64,000 nt of DNA from Candidatus Pacearchaeota archaeon CG10_big_fil_rev_8_21_14_0_10_34_76 (GCA_002763075.1 PFDB01000015.1:5747-69746), one strand, 5' to 3'. Shown: positions 1 to 9,356, counted from the stretch's first letter. Notes: generated from the letters alone by a model not told the origin. Made by a program: numbers and translations.

Positions 1-110
1 TATGAAATATGTGATGATTACAATAAATATAATTAAGAGAAAGAAAAATACTAATAAAGAAGGTACAAAAAATCAAGACTGATTAACATTAATTTTACAT
101 CAGAAACTTA

Positions 111-184
111 AGCCTCTAGGGGGAATCGAACCCCCGACCCCCAGTTTACGAAACTGGTACTCTAACCTGCTGAGCTATAGAGGC
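111..184 (-). tRNA. tRNA-Thr (anticodon CGU), CCA not encoded
   Basis: Reverse complement folds as GCCTCTA-TA-GCTC-AGCAGGTTA-GAGT-A-CCAGT-TTCGTAA-ACTGG-GGGTC-GGGGG-TTCGATT-CCCCC-TAGAGGC-T (74 nt). It has a 7-bp acceptor stem, anticodon loop TT-CGT-AA and a canonical T-arm. It is a GC-rich island in AT-rich flanks. Confidence 0.93.
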
Positions 185-228
185 GTAAAAATGGAAATAT
201 TTAAAACCTTAAAAGTGTATTGTTTTTA

Positions 229-1353
229 ATGGTTTTAAGAGAGGGGTTGAAGGTATTAACGGTTTTCTCACTATTGTTAGTAGGAATTCTTTTTTTTGCC
301 TTTTCTGCTAGTGCAGATGTAGAAAGCCAAACTTCTGCAATTAATGGTGTTTTTCCAGATCAGAAAGAATCTGAAGTTCATGTAGGTGATGTTGGAGAAG
401 ATGAAAAACAAATTAAGGATATAATCAAATCAGGTATTGGAGGAGAGATAATCAAATCGGATATTAGAAGAGGTTCAGGAGGTTCTGGTATTAGAGCTAC
501 AAAATTAATAAATGCGGACTCTGGAAGTAGTTTAGAGAAAAAATTTACATTTACAGGAATTATGAATGATTATGATGGGAACACTCTGAAGGCAAGTTTA
601 ATTTATATTTCTGGTGAGGTGATTGATAAGATTGAATTCAATAATTTTACAGATGGGCCTGAAAATCCATTTTTTGAGATATTAATTGATACCCCTGTCT
701 CTGAGCAGAAATATATTGGGAATCCAAGTAATGTTGTATTGAATTTCCATTTGAATAACGAATATTTTGAAGAAAACGGGTATGATCTTGATATGAATTA
801 TTGTATATTAAGTTTGAATGCCCCTTCCGTTAAGGATACTAGAAGCATAAGATTTTCAGAGAATTCGTTTGAAAATAGTAAGGCATTTTCTTTTACACCT
901 GGAAATTATTGGATGCAGGTCGTATGTTCAAACAAAGATGCAGGGTTTGGGTTTAGCAAATTAGTCAAATTCAAAGTTTTGAATTCAATTGGGTCTGAAG
1001 AAGGAAACTCTGGATTTTCTTCTTCTGGAAGGACATGTAAGAATGAGTGGATTTGTGGAGAATGGAGTGAATGTAATGCTGGAGAACAGACAAGATTGTG
1101 TGAGTCAGAAAAGAAGGAAGGATGTTATACAATTATTTCTGCTAAGCCTGCTGAAATTCAGGGCTGTACAGAATTAGTATCTGAAGCTATAGAAGAGACT
1201 GATGAAGTGCCGCCACAGGGAGCCCTAGCTAGGATAACTGGTGCTGTCGTTGGTTTTGCAGGAGCAGCAGGGATTTGGGGAGCAATATTATTCATTGCTG
1301 TCATTGCAGGAGCTGCTGGAGCTATTGCAGTGAGGAATAAACTGAAAAAATAA
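229..1353 (+). CDS. Secreted/membrane-anchored surface protein with N-terminal signal anchor, TSP1-like Cys/Trp mini-domain and C-terminal Gly/Ala-rich TM anchor
   Basis: Track ORF 220..1353 starts on TTG; the first ATG is at 229 (MVLREGLKVLTVFSLLLVGILFFAFSASA). The C-terminus GAVVGFAGAAGIWGAILFIAVIAGAAGAIAV-RNKLKK is a TM helix plus basic tail. Confidence 0.7.
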   Translation: MVLREGLKVLTVFSLLLVGILFFAFSASADVESQTSAINGVFPDQKESEVHVGDVGEDEKQIKDIIKSGIGGEIIKSDIRRGSGGSGIRATKLINADSGSSLEKKFTFTGIMNDYDGNTLKASLIYISGEVIDKIEFNNFTDGPENPFFEILIDTPVSEQKYIGNPSNVVLNFHLNNEYFEENGYDLDMNYCILSLNAPSVKDTRSIRFSENSFENSKAFSFTPGNYWMQVVCSNKDAGFGFSKLVKFKVLNSIGSEEGNSGFSSSGRTCKNEWICGEWSECNAGEQTRLCESEKKEGCYTIISAKPAEIQGCTELVSEAIEETDEVPPQGALARITGAVVGFAGAAGIWGAILFIAVIAGAAGAIAVRNKLKK

Positions 1354-1386
1354 TTTCTTGACAAAATATTTAAACAATTAATCTGA

Positions 1387-1884
1387 ATGAAAAATATGAA
1401 TAATAAAATTGTAAAAGATATGTTTGTAAAAGCTATTATTGTGTTGGCCATATTATCTGCAGTGATCTTACTAATAGGACCGACAATAACTGGTAATTTT
1501 CTAGGAATTTTTCCAGAAAAGAATTCTGGTCAAGGGACTGCATGGGCAACTGAAGATGTGAGTTATGAACAGCTTCCAGGATATATTGAGAGAAGCCAGT
1601 TTATGGAAAGTTTTCCTTCTGAAGGAAAGGCATTACTTATCGTCGGGGAAGAGAAGTTTACTATAAAAAAAGGTTCTGTTATAAGAGGAGATATTCAATA
1701 TCCGGATATGATAATAAGATTCCCTGAAAAATATCTTGATACACTTGGAAAGAGAGGATTATGTAATACAGTCAGGGAAGCCGAGGATAAAGGAGATCTT
1801 GCTATTCAACTTCAAGCATCTGAATTAGAATTGGCTTGGAAATATAAGGGAATGTTCAAATACAAAAATTGTTTAGGTTTTTAA
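1387..1884 (+). CDS. Hypothetical protein with one N-terminal TM helix
   Basis: 165-aa ORF with hydrophobic segment AIIVLAILSAVILLIGPTI near the N-terminus. No recognisable catalytic motif. Confidence 0.55.
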   Translation: MKNMNNKIVKDMFVKAIIVLAILSAVILLIGPTITGNFLGIFPEKNSGQGTAWATEDVSYEQLPGYIERSQFMESFPSEGKALLIVGEEKFTIKKGSVIRGDIQYPDMIIRFPEKYLDTLGKRGLCNTVREAEDKGDLAIQLQASELELAWKYKGMFKYKNCLGF

Positions 1885-2007
1885 TCCTCGGTAGTTATAC
1901 CTAGATTAGTCATCAAATTATAGTTGTGAAATTTATGCAACCAATGAAAAGATTTATAAATGAGTTGTAATTAATGATAGTATAAAATTTTTATTTTATA
2001 AAAAGAG

Positions 2008-3567
2008 ATGATGAACAAACAAGCGCGTGCATTTTTGTATGGCTCAATTATTTTTGTAGCAGTTTTATCTATCATTCTAATTATTGGACTTGTTTTTGCA
2101 ACTACTGGCCACACTGCAAAAAATGCTGTTACTGAAACAACTGCATTTGGAAACGTGATTGAGGATAGTCTTTCAGTGGTTTACAATATTTCTATAAACA
2201 ACACTGCTACATTATGGCCTGAAAATATTACTCTCGTTAATGTTACACTTCCTAGTGGATTTGTATTCATTATAGGAACGAACTCGGAAGATTCTCCTTT
2301 TACTTCTGTCTTTGATTTCAATAATGGAAGTGTTGCAAGTGTACAATGGTCTAATACATCATATGCATTAATGCAAAATTTGACCTTAGCTAGATTCAGC
2401 TTTAATGCGACGGCACCTACACCTGGAACATATAACTTTACAGTCAATGTAACACAGAATGGTACATTAACAACCCTTTCACAAATTTCTGTGACTGTGA
2501 ACAATAGTATTATGTTTGGGACAAATACTAACAGTTCTATGAATTCAACCACGGGTAAAATAAGTGCTAATATTACAACTGATGCGAGTGTTCCAATAGA
2601 TACATTGACTGTTGTTCTTTACAACTCAACAAATGATGCAGTAAATACTTCAAATCATGTAGGAAGAGTTAGATATCTTCAATATACTGGTCTGGCAGAT
2701 GGGTTGTATCATGTAAATGCAACTGCAAATTATACAAATTCTCTTACTGGTGCTCTTGCATTTCCAATAACTCAAAGGAATCTAAGAATTGATAGTACTG
2801 TCCCTGTAGTTACATTAACTAGGTCAACCACTTCAACAGATAGTCAGATTGTATTGGATATAGCGTATACTGAAACTGGAAGTGGAGTCAGTTCTTGCGT
2901 ATCCAATAGAGGAACTGTTTCAGGGACGACGGTTACTAATACTGGATTGACTTGCGGAACTTCCTACAATTATGTAATCGATTGTGATGATTATACTGGA
3001 AACCAGGGAACTGCTACTGGCGCATTCTCCACAGATGAATGTTCGTCTTCCGGAGGAAGTGGTTCTGGAAGTGGAAGTGGTTCAAGTTGGACAAATACTT
3101 ATGTTGAAGATAGCTCTGAGTTAAGTGATCTCGGTAGTGTAGATAAGTCATTGAAAGCTAAGGAGAGAGTAAGAGTCAAAATAGGAACTGAGAAGCATCA
3201 TGTTGGAGTGCTTAGCATAAGTGGAGAGACAGCTACAATAGAAGTTTCAAGCACACCACAACAAGCAGTGTTCAATGTTGGAGATGTCAAAAAGTTTGAT
3301 GTTGATGCAAATGGATATTATGATATAAGTGTTACATTAAGCTCAATCGAAGCCAATAAAGCTAATGTGGTTATAATGGCTGTAAATGAGAAGGTAACAA
3401 CTGTTGAAGAAGAAAAGAAGGACCTTCCTGAAAGTCCTGGAACAGAATCTGCAGGAAGCGAGACAGTAAGCGAAGGTAAAAGCAGTACTGGATGGATAAT
3501 TGGGATAATTGTGGCAGTATTGGTTGTTGGTGCAATAGTATTCTTTGTAATAAAAAGGAAAAAATAA
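2008..3567 (+). CDS. Sequon-rich cell-surface (S-layer-like) protein with N-terminal signal anchor and C-terminal TM anchor
   Basis: N-terminal TM (FLYGSIIFVAVLSIILIIGLVFA). About 19 N-x-S/T sequons by hand count in the first ~240 aa. Has a GS linker (SSSGGSGSGSGSGSS) and a C-terminal TM plus KRKK tail. Confidence 0.7.
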   Translation: MMNKQARAFLYGSIIFVAVLSIILIIGLVFATTGHTAKNAVTETTAFGNVIEDSLSVVYNISINNTATLWPENITLVNVTLPSGFVFIIGTNSEDSPFTSVFDFNNGSVASVQWSNTSYALMQNLTLARFSFNATAPTPGTYNFTVNVTQNGTLTTLSQISVTVNNSIMFGTNTNSSMNSTTGKISANITTDASVPIDTLTVVLYNSTNDAVNTSNHVGRVRYLQYTGLADGLYHVNATANYTNSLTGALAFPITQRNLRIDSTVPVVTLTRSTTSTDSQIVLDIAYTETGSGVSSCVSNRGTVSGTTVTNTGLTCGTSYNYVIDCDDYTGNQGTATGAFSTDECSSSGGSGSGSGSGSSWTNTYVEDSSELSDLGSVDKSLKAKERVRVKIGTEKHHVGVLSISGETATIEVSSTPQQAVFNVGDVKKFDVDANGYYDISVTLSSIEANKANVVIMAVNEKVTTVEEEKKDLPESPGTESAGSETVSEGKSSTGWIIGIIVAVLVVGAIVFFVIKRKK

Positions 3568-3604
3568 ACTACAAGTTTATTAATCTGGATTTCTATTAAT
3601 TAAA

Positions 3605-5275
3605 ATGAGAGATAAAGTTGTTAAGTTGATTGCAAGTGCTACAAAACTTTCTGAAAAAAAAGTAGAAGAGATTTTAGAAGTTCCAAAGGATTTTGAGATG
3701 GGAGATTATGCGTTCCCTTGTTTTTCATTGGCTAAAGAGCTGAAAAAGAATCCAGCTATCATCTCTAAAGAAATTTCAGAGAAGATAAAACCTGAAAGGG
3801 ATTTTGAGAAAATTGAAGCGGTGGGTGCATATGTTAACTTCTTTGTGAATCCAATAGAATTCTCTAAGGAGGTTATTAAACAAATCAAATTTAAAGGGGA
3901 TTTGTATGGTTCTGGTAATCAAGGAAAGGGAAAGAGCGTAGTTGTTGAATTTTCATCTCCGAATATAGCAAAGCCGTTTGGGATAGGCCATTTAAGATCA
4001 ACTATAATAGGCAATTCTATTGCAGAGATAAGCAAGTTTCAGGGTTTTAAGAGCATTAGAATAAATTATATGGGTGATTGGGGAACGCAATTTGGAAAGT
4101 TGATTGTGGGATATAAAATGTGGGGAAGTGAGGGCAAATTGAAGTCTGACCCTATAAAACACCTTCTTGAACTCTATGTAAGGGTTAGCCAGGAAGGACT
4201 TGAAAAAGAATCAAGAGAATGGTTTAGAAAACTTGAATCTGGAGATAGGGATGCAAGAAGGCTATGGGGCAAGTTCAGGAGTATAAGCATCAAGGAATTT
4301 GATAAGATATATGCTCGTCTTGGAGTGAAGTTTGATGTTATATCTGGCGAATCAGATTATAATGATAATATAGAGGGCGTTGTAGGTGCTCTTGAGAAGA
4401 AGAAATTATTAAAGGATAGTGATGGAGCTAAGATAGTTGATTTAAATGAACTCGGTCTTGGCGTGTGCTTAATAAAAAAAAGTGATGGGGCAACATTATA
4501 TGCTACCAGAGATCTTGCTGCTGCAATTGAGAGATATAAAAAATATAAGTTTCATAGGATGATATATGAGGTTGGGAGTGAGCAGAGACTTCATTTTAAT
4601 CAGATATTCAAAGTTTTGGAGCTTATGGGAAATGACTGGGCAAAGAGATGTGAACATGCAGATCATGGACTTTATCTTGATTCTGATGGGAAAAAATTTG
4701 CAACAAGGAAAGGAAAAACGGTATTTATGGAGGATATTCTTGATGAGACTACTATGCTTGCTGAGAAAGAGATATTAAAGAGAGATAAGTCATTGTCTAA
4801 GAAAGAACTTAAGAATAGAGCTGAGAGAATAGCTATATCTGCAATATTCTATGGAGATTTGAAGAATTATAGAAAAAATGATATTGTCTTTGACTTGAAA
4901 AGATTTGTTTCATTTGAAGGAGATACTGGACCCTATTTGTTGTATAGCTATGCGAGAGCAAAAAGTATATTGCGCAAAAAGAAAGGAATATCTGAGGATA
5001 GTTTAGGTTATGTCCCAAATAAGCAGGAGAAAGCACTTGCTCTAATTCTTGGAAAATTCCCGGACGTTGTGAATGAAGCGTATAATAATCTTTCCCCTAA
5101 TGTAATAGCTAATTATTCTTATGACCTCTCTAGAGCATTTAATGAGTTTTATCATGAATCTCAGGTCATTGGGTCTCCAGAAGAAAAATTTAGACTTGAA
5201 CTGGTTGAGTGTTTTTCTCAAGTTCTAAAAAATTCATTAAGGTTGTTGGGAATAAATGTTCTTGAGAAAATGTAA
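3605..5275 (+). CDS. argS: Arginine--tRNA ligase
   Basis: 556 aa. Class I HIGH region SSPNIAKPFGIGHLRSTIIGN is typical of ArgRS. Also DWGTQFGKLI, and a C-terminal anticodon-binding region ending in ...LLGINVLEKM. Confidence 0.93.
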   Translation: MRDKVVKLIASATKLSEKKVEEILEVPKDFEMGDYAFPCFSLAKELKKNPAIISKEISEKIKPERDFEKIEAVGAYVNFFVNPIEFSKEVIKQIKFKGDLYGSGNQGKGKSVVVEFSSPNIAKPFGIGHLRSTIIGNSIAEISKFQGFKSIRINYMGDWGTQFGKLIVGYKMWGSEGKLKSDPIKHLLELYVRVSQEGLEKESREWFRKLESGDRDARRLWGKFRSISIKEFDKIYARLGVKFDVISGESDYNDNIEGVVGALEKKKLLKDSDGAKIVDLNELGLGVCLIKKSDGATLYATRDLAAAIERYKKYKFHRMIYEVGSEQRLHFNQIFKVLELMGNDWAKRCEHADHGLYLDSDGKKFATRKGKTVFMEDILDETTMLAEKEILKRDKSLSKKELKNRAERIAISAIFYGDLKNYRKNDIVFDLKRFVSFEGDTGPYLLYSYARAKSILRKKKGISEDSLGYVPNKQEKALALILGKFPDVVNEAYNNLSPNVIANYSYDLSRAFNEFYHESQVIGSPEEKFRLELVECFSQVLKNSLRLLGINVLEKM

Positions 5276-5329
5276 TATTGTGTTCTTTAATATCACAAAG
5301 GTTAAAAACCCGTAATTTTAAATGATAAC

Positions 5330-5509
5330 ATGGAAATAGAGGTTTTACTTACAATAAGTGCATCGCTTTTAGCATTCATATTCGTGATATTACTCTTAAT
5401 ATTTGCACTTAAGACTCCTAGTAGACCGAGAGGGAATCCTGAAAGGGTATCTTCTGAGTTGAATAAGATAAAAGACCAGATAAATGGTCATGACGACGAA
5501 GAGTGGTGA
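5330..5509 (+). CDS. Small (59 aa) single-pass membrane protein, hypothetical
   Basis: ATG at 5330 and TGA at 5507-5509, below the ORF-track length cutoff. Translates as MEIEVLLTISASLLAFIFVILLLIFALKTPSRPRGNPERVSSELNKIKDQINGHDDEEW, i.e. a TM helix plus charged tail. Confidence 0.4.
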   Translation: MEIEVLLTISASLLAFIFVILLLIFALKTPSRPRGNPERVSSELNKIKDQINGHDDEEW

Positions 5510-5620
5510 TTTTTTATGATTTTATTCGTTATTGATTCTTCAGTATCGTGTATTTAATGTTGTCTGATGATTTTGTCAATAATCTTTCTATGTTTTCACA
5601 ATTCTGGAAGAATTAAAACA

Positions 5621-5628
5621 TTTAAATA
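5621..5628 (+). promoter_or_regulatory. TATA box for SRP RNA gene
   Basis: TTTAAATA lies about 20-27 nt upstream of the first base of the terminal helix of the SRP RNA (5648). Confidence 0.5.
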
Positions 5629-5647
5629 GTGTGAGGAAGATTAATTT

Positions 5648-5908
5648 GTGTAGGCAAGCTGGCGCGCTAGCCCTGCGCTATCTGCAAATGGGCTTTATGG
5701 CAGGCTTAAAGGAGTGCGTGATGCAGAAGCATATTAGTCTTCAGCCGGACGTTGAAGCTTTGTCCTGTTCGACCGTACTCCTGTGAAATGGGTCAGGCCT
5801 TGATCGGAGCAGCCCTAAGCAGAAGTTTCGGTGCTTATAGGGTAGCAAAGCAGAGAAAGGTTTGAAGGGTGCTGATGTGCCCAAGCTGAGCAATCTCCCC
5901 GCCTACAC
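5648..5908 (+). ncRNA. Signal recognition particle RNA (archaeal 7S/SRP RNA)
   Basis: Sharply GC-richer block with no ORF. The ends pair (GTGTAGGC 5648-5655 with GCCTACAC 5901-5908). An internal GGGTCAGGCC...GGAGCAGCCC segment resembles the conserved helix-8 (S-domain) motif. Exact ends are uncertain. Confidence 0.8.
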
Positions 5909-6240
5909 TAATATGGCTGAAAAGAGATTTTATCTGTAAAATTCTCTCCCTTGTAGATTATTTCTACCTTTTCTGTTGTACCTGAAATAGTAATTCTTGC
6001 TTTAGTAAAATCTTCTAAATTTGCATTTAGCTGATTAAGTCTCCAATGGAACCACTCAATTTTTTCATGATACATTTTCCAAAGGCTATCCTCTCCTATT
6101 CCGATTACCTCCTTACTTAGTAAATTGACTTTTATCTTTCCTGGGAACTTAAGGTTATGCAATGGATTTCTCCATTCTAAATATCTTAAAAGATCGTGGA
6201 TGATACCCTTAACGTCTTTTTTTCTCATCTCTGAAAACAC
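5908..6240 (-). CDS. Hypothetical protein
   Basis: 110-aa ORF, the only minus-strand ORF in this block. No recognisable motif. Its stop abuts or overlaps the SRP RNA 3' end by 1 nt. Confidence 0.45.
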   Translation of the reverse strand: MFSEMRKKDVKGIIHDLLRYLEWRNPLHNLKFPGKIKVNLLSKEVIGIGEDSLWKMYHEKIEWFHWRLNQLNANLEDFTKARITISGTTEKVEIIYKGENFTDKISFQPY

Positions 6241-6304
6241 TCAATTTTAATACTTAAATTCTTCTGAAGCATAATATTAAAAACATTATTGTCCTTTTTG
6301 TTTT

Positions 6305-6838
6305 ATGAGTGTGATGAACAAAAGAGGGCAATTTTTTCTTATTGCAGCATTGGTAATAGTTGGAGTTCTGATTGGACTATCTGTAGTTGTGAATGAAGTT
6401 ATTGTCAAAGAAGATAAAGAATATTTTTATGACATTTCTAGTGAAGTAGGATATGAAACCAAAAGAGTGATGGATTTTGGAGAGTATAGGGACGGGTTTG
6501 AATCTAAAGAGCTGACAAGCAGGTTCTTGTTTGATTATGTAAATTATATAGGACAAGATCCAGTGATATTTATATATGGGAATAGCACAGATGTTTCTGC
6601 ATTTGTGTTTCAAGAGCAAGATGTGGGTTCAATAGGATTAAACACTGGAGAAGAAAAGATCATCCCAATACAGAAGAGGAAGGATGGTGGAAAAGAAGCA
6701 AATGTTCTTGTAAAAAATGGAAAAGTGAGTATTGAAATAGATAGCGTGAATCATGAGTTTGAGATGAATGAGGGAAATAATCTGTTTTACATAATCATGA
6801 GGGAGGAGAATGATGAAAAGCTTGTTGCTGAAGGATAA
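6305..6838 (+). CDS. Archaeal type IV pilin-like protein (class III signal peptide)
   Basis: N-terminus is MSVMNKRG|QFFLIAALVIVGVLIGLSVVV: basic leader, Gly, Gln at +1, then a hydrophobic helix. An alternative start is ATG 6314 (MNKRGQ...). Confidence 0.75.
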   Translation: MSVMNKRGQFFLIAALVIVGVLIGLSVVVNEVIVKEDKEYFYDISSEVGYETKRVMDFGEYRDGFESKELTSRFLFDYVNYIGQDPVIFIYGNSTDVSAFVFQEQDVGSIGLNTGEEKIIPIQKRKDGGKEANVLVKNGKVSIEIDSVNHEFEMNEGNNLFYIIMREENDEKLVAEG

Positions 6839-7331
6839 GATGGGAGTTAGTATAATGGTAGGGTATGTCTTGCTTATAGTCATGGCTATCGGTATGGCAG
6901 GCATCGTGTATTCTTACCTCAAGTTTTATGTTCCTTCTGATAGGGCGGAATGCCCTGAAGATGTAAACCTTGCAATAGCCGAAGCAAGTTGTATTGGAGG
7001 AATACTTAGTATAAGCCTTGAAAATCGTGGATTGTTCAGCGTTGATGGAGCTTATGTTAAGATAGGAGAAGCTAATAGAACAGTTAGAGAGACAATGTGT
7101 TTCAATGGACCTCCTAGTGGAAATAATCAGTGCGATATTATTTTTGGGCTTGGGATAGAAGGATTAAAGCCAGGAGAGTTTTTAGATAAATCTTTTGATT
7201 ATAGTGCTTATGGTAACGAATATTTGCCTGGAGAGAAAGAGCTTGAAATACAGCCAGTTGTTATAAACAAAAAAAATGAGTGGCTGATATGCAAACAGGC
7301 AATAGTAACAAAGACTATAAGATGCACGTAA
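6810..7331 (+). CDS. Pilin-like protein (divergent class III signal peptide)
   Basis: N-terminus is MMKSLLLKDKMG|VSIMVGYVLLIVMAIGMAGIVYSY, resembling the archaeal pilin/flagellin N-terminal GVSPVIG-hydrophobic pattern. GGGAGGAG lies just upstream of 6810/6813. Overlaps the previous ORF by 29 nt; alternative start at 6840. Confidence 0.6.
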   Translation: MMKSLLLKDKMGVSIMVGYVLLIVMAIGMAGIVYSYLKFYVPSDRAECPEDVNLAIAEASCIGGILSISLENRGLFSVDGAYVKIGEANRTVRETMCFNGPPSGNNQCDIIFGLGIEGLKPGEFLDKSFDYSAYGNEYLPGEKELEIQPVVINKKNEWLICKQAIVTKTIRCT

Positions 7332-7362
7332 CAATTAAAAAGCAAGGGAGACTATATTGATT

Positions 7363-8847
7363 ATGCTTAAAAAAAGAGGTATAAGTCCAATCATAGCAAG
7401 TGTTTTGCTTGTATTGATTGTTGTAGTGCTTGCAGCTATTTTTGCAGTTTATGGATTGCCTTTTGTACAGAATTTATTTGGAAGTGAAGATTGTTTTGAA
7501 GTGCTTGGAGATATTAATTTTGACAAGTCATCCAATTATAATTGTTATTATGACGACGAGAGTGGACAAAAAAGGACTGGATTTTCTGTGAAGATTGATA
7601 ATGAGGGAGTGAAGGGATTTAGAGTTGGATTATTGCATGAAGGATCTTCAGATGTGATTGATATAACTCAGGATTCAACTTTTCCAATTATTAGGATGAT
7701 TGATGGGGTTTTTGGTGGAGCATTAAATATAAACAATAAAGGTGGAGTTAGAATATATGTTGCAAATGGAATTTTTGAAAGGATTGACATGTTTCCTATT
7801 CTTTCAAATGGAAAAGTATGTACTGATTCAAGCAAGGCTCTTGAGCCTGTAGAATGTCTTGATATAGATGTGAGGAATAGCTTGCATGATGATGAGGGAG
7901 ATAGTGGAAATGGAGAATGTACATTAAATAGCGCTTATTGGTCTAATTCTAATGGGGGAGCTCTTAGTATATTGACTGTAGATGAGGGAACAAGAGTTTA
8001 TCTTACAACAACTGGAAGTGAGGAATGTAATGATAAAGATGTTAATCTTGAGATATGGGAGGATGATTCATCAGATCCTGATAAATTGAATTATTCTCCT
8101 ACAGCAACATTTGTTAATGGAAAAGCAATAGTTTCATGGGATGCAGAATGGCAATGTGATGGATTTAACCTTTTTGGATATTGCTTCTCGGATCCCCCTG
8201 AATATTACTTTGAGTCTAGTCTTGTAGAAGACAATTCTAAGAGTATAAGTAGCTCTAAAATTGAAGAAGATGAATTAAAAGTTCTTAGAACTGAACCAGT
8301 GTGTGGTAATCAGAGGATTGAATCTGGAGAAACTTGTGATCCTCCTAGTGATGATGAAGTTTCTTGTCAGACTTCCGAAGGGTATGATGGGACAAGAACC
8401 TGCTTGAACAGTTGCCAATATGATGAATGTAATACTGACCAATTCTGTGGGGATGGAGAGGTTAATGGTGGTGAGAACTGCATAACTTGTCCTGAAGATG
8501 CTGGACAATGTCCTCAGTGTACATTAGATTCAGATTGTGATGATAATAATATTTGTAATGGTCAAGAAACCTGTGATGTTGATGGGCAATGTGTTTCTGG
8601 AACACAATTACAATGTGGAGTTTATCAGTGTTATCCTGATACTGGATGTGGTTTCTGCGGAGATGGAGAGGTTAATGGTGATGAACAGTGTGAAATAGGA
8701 GATAGTCGGTTGTGTTTGTCAGATGGAACAAGTGGAGATGCAGGAGGATTGGGAGGATTTAGTGGAATGGCACCGGGAAGTGGAAATGATGGAACGCAAA
8801 CATGCACTGCTCAATGCACATGGGATGAATGTGTTGCTGACCCATGA
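7363..8847 (+). CDS. Pilin-adhesin fusion: archaeal pilin N-terminus plus C-terminal Cys-rich CGDG-repeat domain
   Basis: Track start 7357 is TTG; ATG at 7363 gives MLKKRG|ISPIIASVLLVLIVVVLAAIF. The C-terminal ~180 aa (from 8302) has many Cys with repeats VCGNQRIESGETCD, FCGDGEVNGGENC and FCGDGEVNGDEQC. Confidence 0.8.
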   Translation: MLKKRGISPIIASVLLVLIVVVLAAIFAVYGLPFVQNLFGSEDCFEVLGDINFDKSSNYNCYYDDESGQKRTGFSVKIDNEGVKGFRVGLLHEGSSDVIDITQDSTFPIIRMIDGVFGGALNINNKGGVRIYVANGIFERIDMFPILSNGKVCTDSSKALEPVECLDIDVRNSLHDDEGDSGNGECTLNSAYWSNSNGGALSILTVDEGTRVYLTTTGSEECNDKDVNLEIWEDDSSDPDKLNYSPTATFVNGKAIVSWDAEWQCDGFNLFGYCFSDPPEYYFESSLVEDNSKSISSSKIEEDELKVLRTEPVCGNQRIESGETCDPPSDDEVSCQTSEGYDGTRTCLNSCQYDECNTDQFCGDGEVNGGENCITCPEDAGQCPQCTLDSDCDDNNICNGQETCDVDGQCVSGTQLQCGVYQCYPDTGCGFCGDGEVNGDEQCEIGDSRLCLSDGTSGDAGGLGGFSGMAPGSGNDGTQTCTAQCTWDECVADP

Positions 8848-8865
8848 TGAATTTATTTAGATTAA

Positions 8866-8899
8866 AAAGATATAAAAAGAATTTTTGTTAGGTATAAAT
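8866..8899 (+). promoter_or_regulatory. Promoter (TATA GATATAAAAAG) giving a leaderless or near-leaderless pilin mRNA; copy A of a duplicated 34-nt upstream element
   Basis: AAAGATATAAAAAGAATTTTTGTTAGGTATAAAT lies directly before ATG 8900. The TATA centre is about 26 nt from the ATG. Copy B is at 9357..9390 with 4 mismatches. Confidence 0.55.
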
Positions 8900-9346
8900 A
8901 TGAAAAAAAGAGGTCTTAGTCCAATAATTGCTACGGTTCTGCTTATTGCTATTGTTTTTGTACTAGCAGCAATAATATTTTTATGGGCAAGAGGATTTGC
9001 TGCTGAGAAAGTTGCAAAATTTGGAGAGCCTGTTCAGAGAGCGTGCGATAGGGTAAAATTTGAGGCAGGGATATATGATGACGGAGGTACATTGGAGATA
9101 AATAATCAAGGAGAAATCCCTCTTTTTGGATTTGACGTGAGAAAATTAAAATCTGGTGAAGAGACTGTAACCGAATATACTGAAAGATCTATTGGGAGTG
9201 GGGAATCTACCACTATTGACATATCTGAGGGAGGTTTTTCTGCAGGAGATGATTTGATTGTAATTCCCATAGTATTAGGACAGGCTGATGCTGGAAAGGT
9301 TGCATATTCATGTGAAGATAATGTTGGAATCTATCTCACAGTTTAA
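8900..9346 (+). CDS. Archaeal type IV pilin (candidate major pilin)
   Basis: MKKRG|LSPIIATVLLIAIVFVLAAIIFLW. Small (148 aa), with its own promoter. Track start 8885 is TTG. Confidence 0.8.
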   Translation: MKKRGLSPIIATVLLIAIVFVLAAIIFLWARGFAAEKVAKFGEPVQRACDRVKFEAGIYDDGGTLEINNQGEIPLFGFDVRKLKSGEETVTEYTERSIGSGESTTIDISEGGFSAGDDLIVIPIVLGQADAGKVAYSCEDNVGIYLTV

Positions 9347-9356
9347 TTATTCAGAG

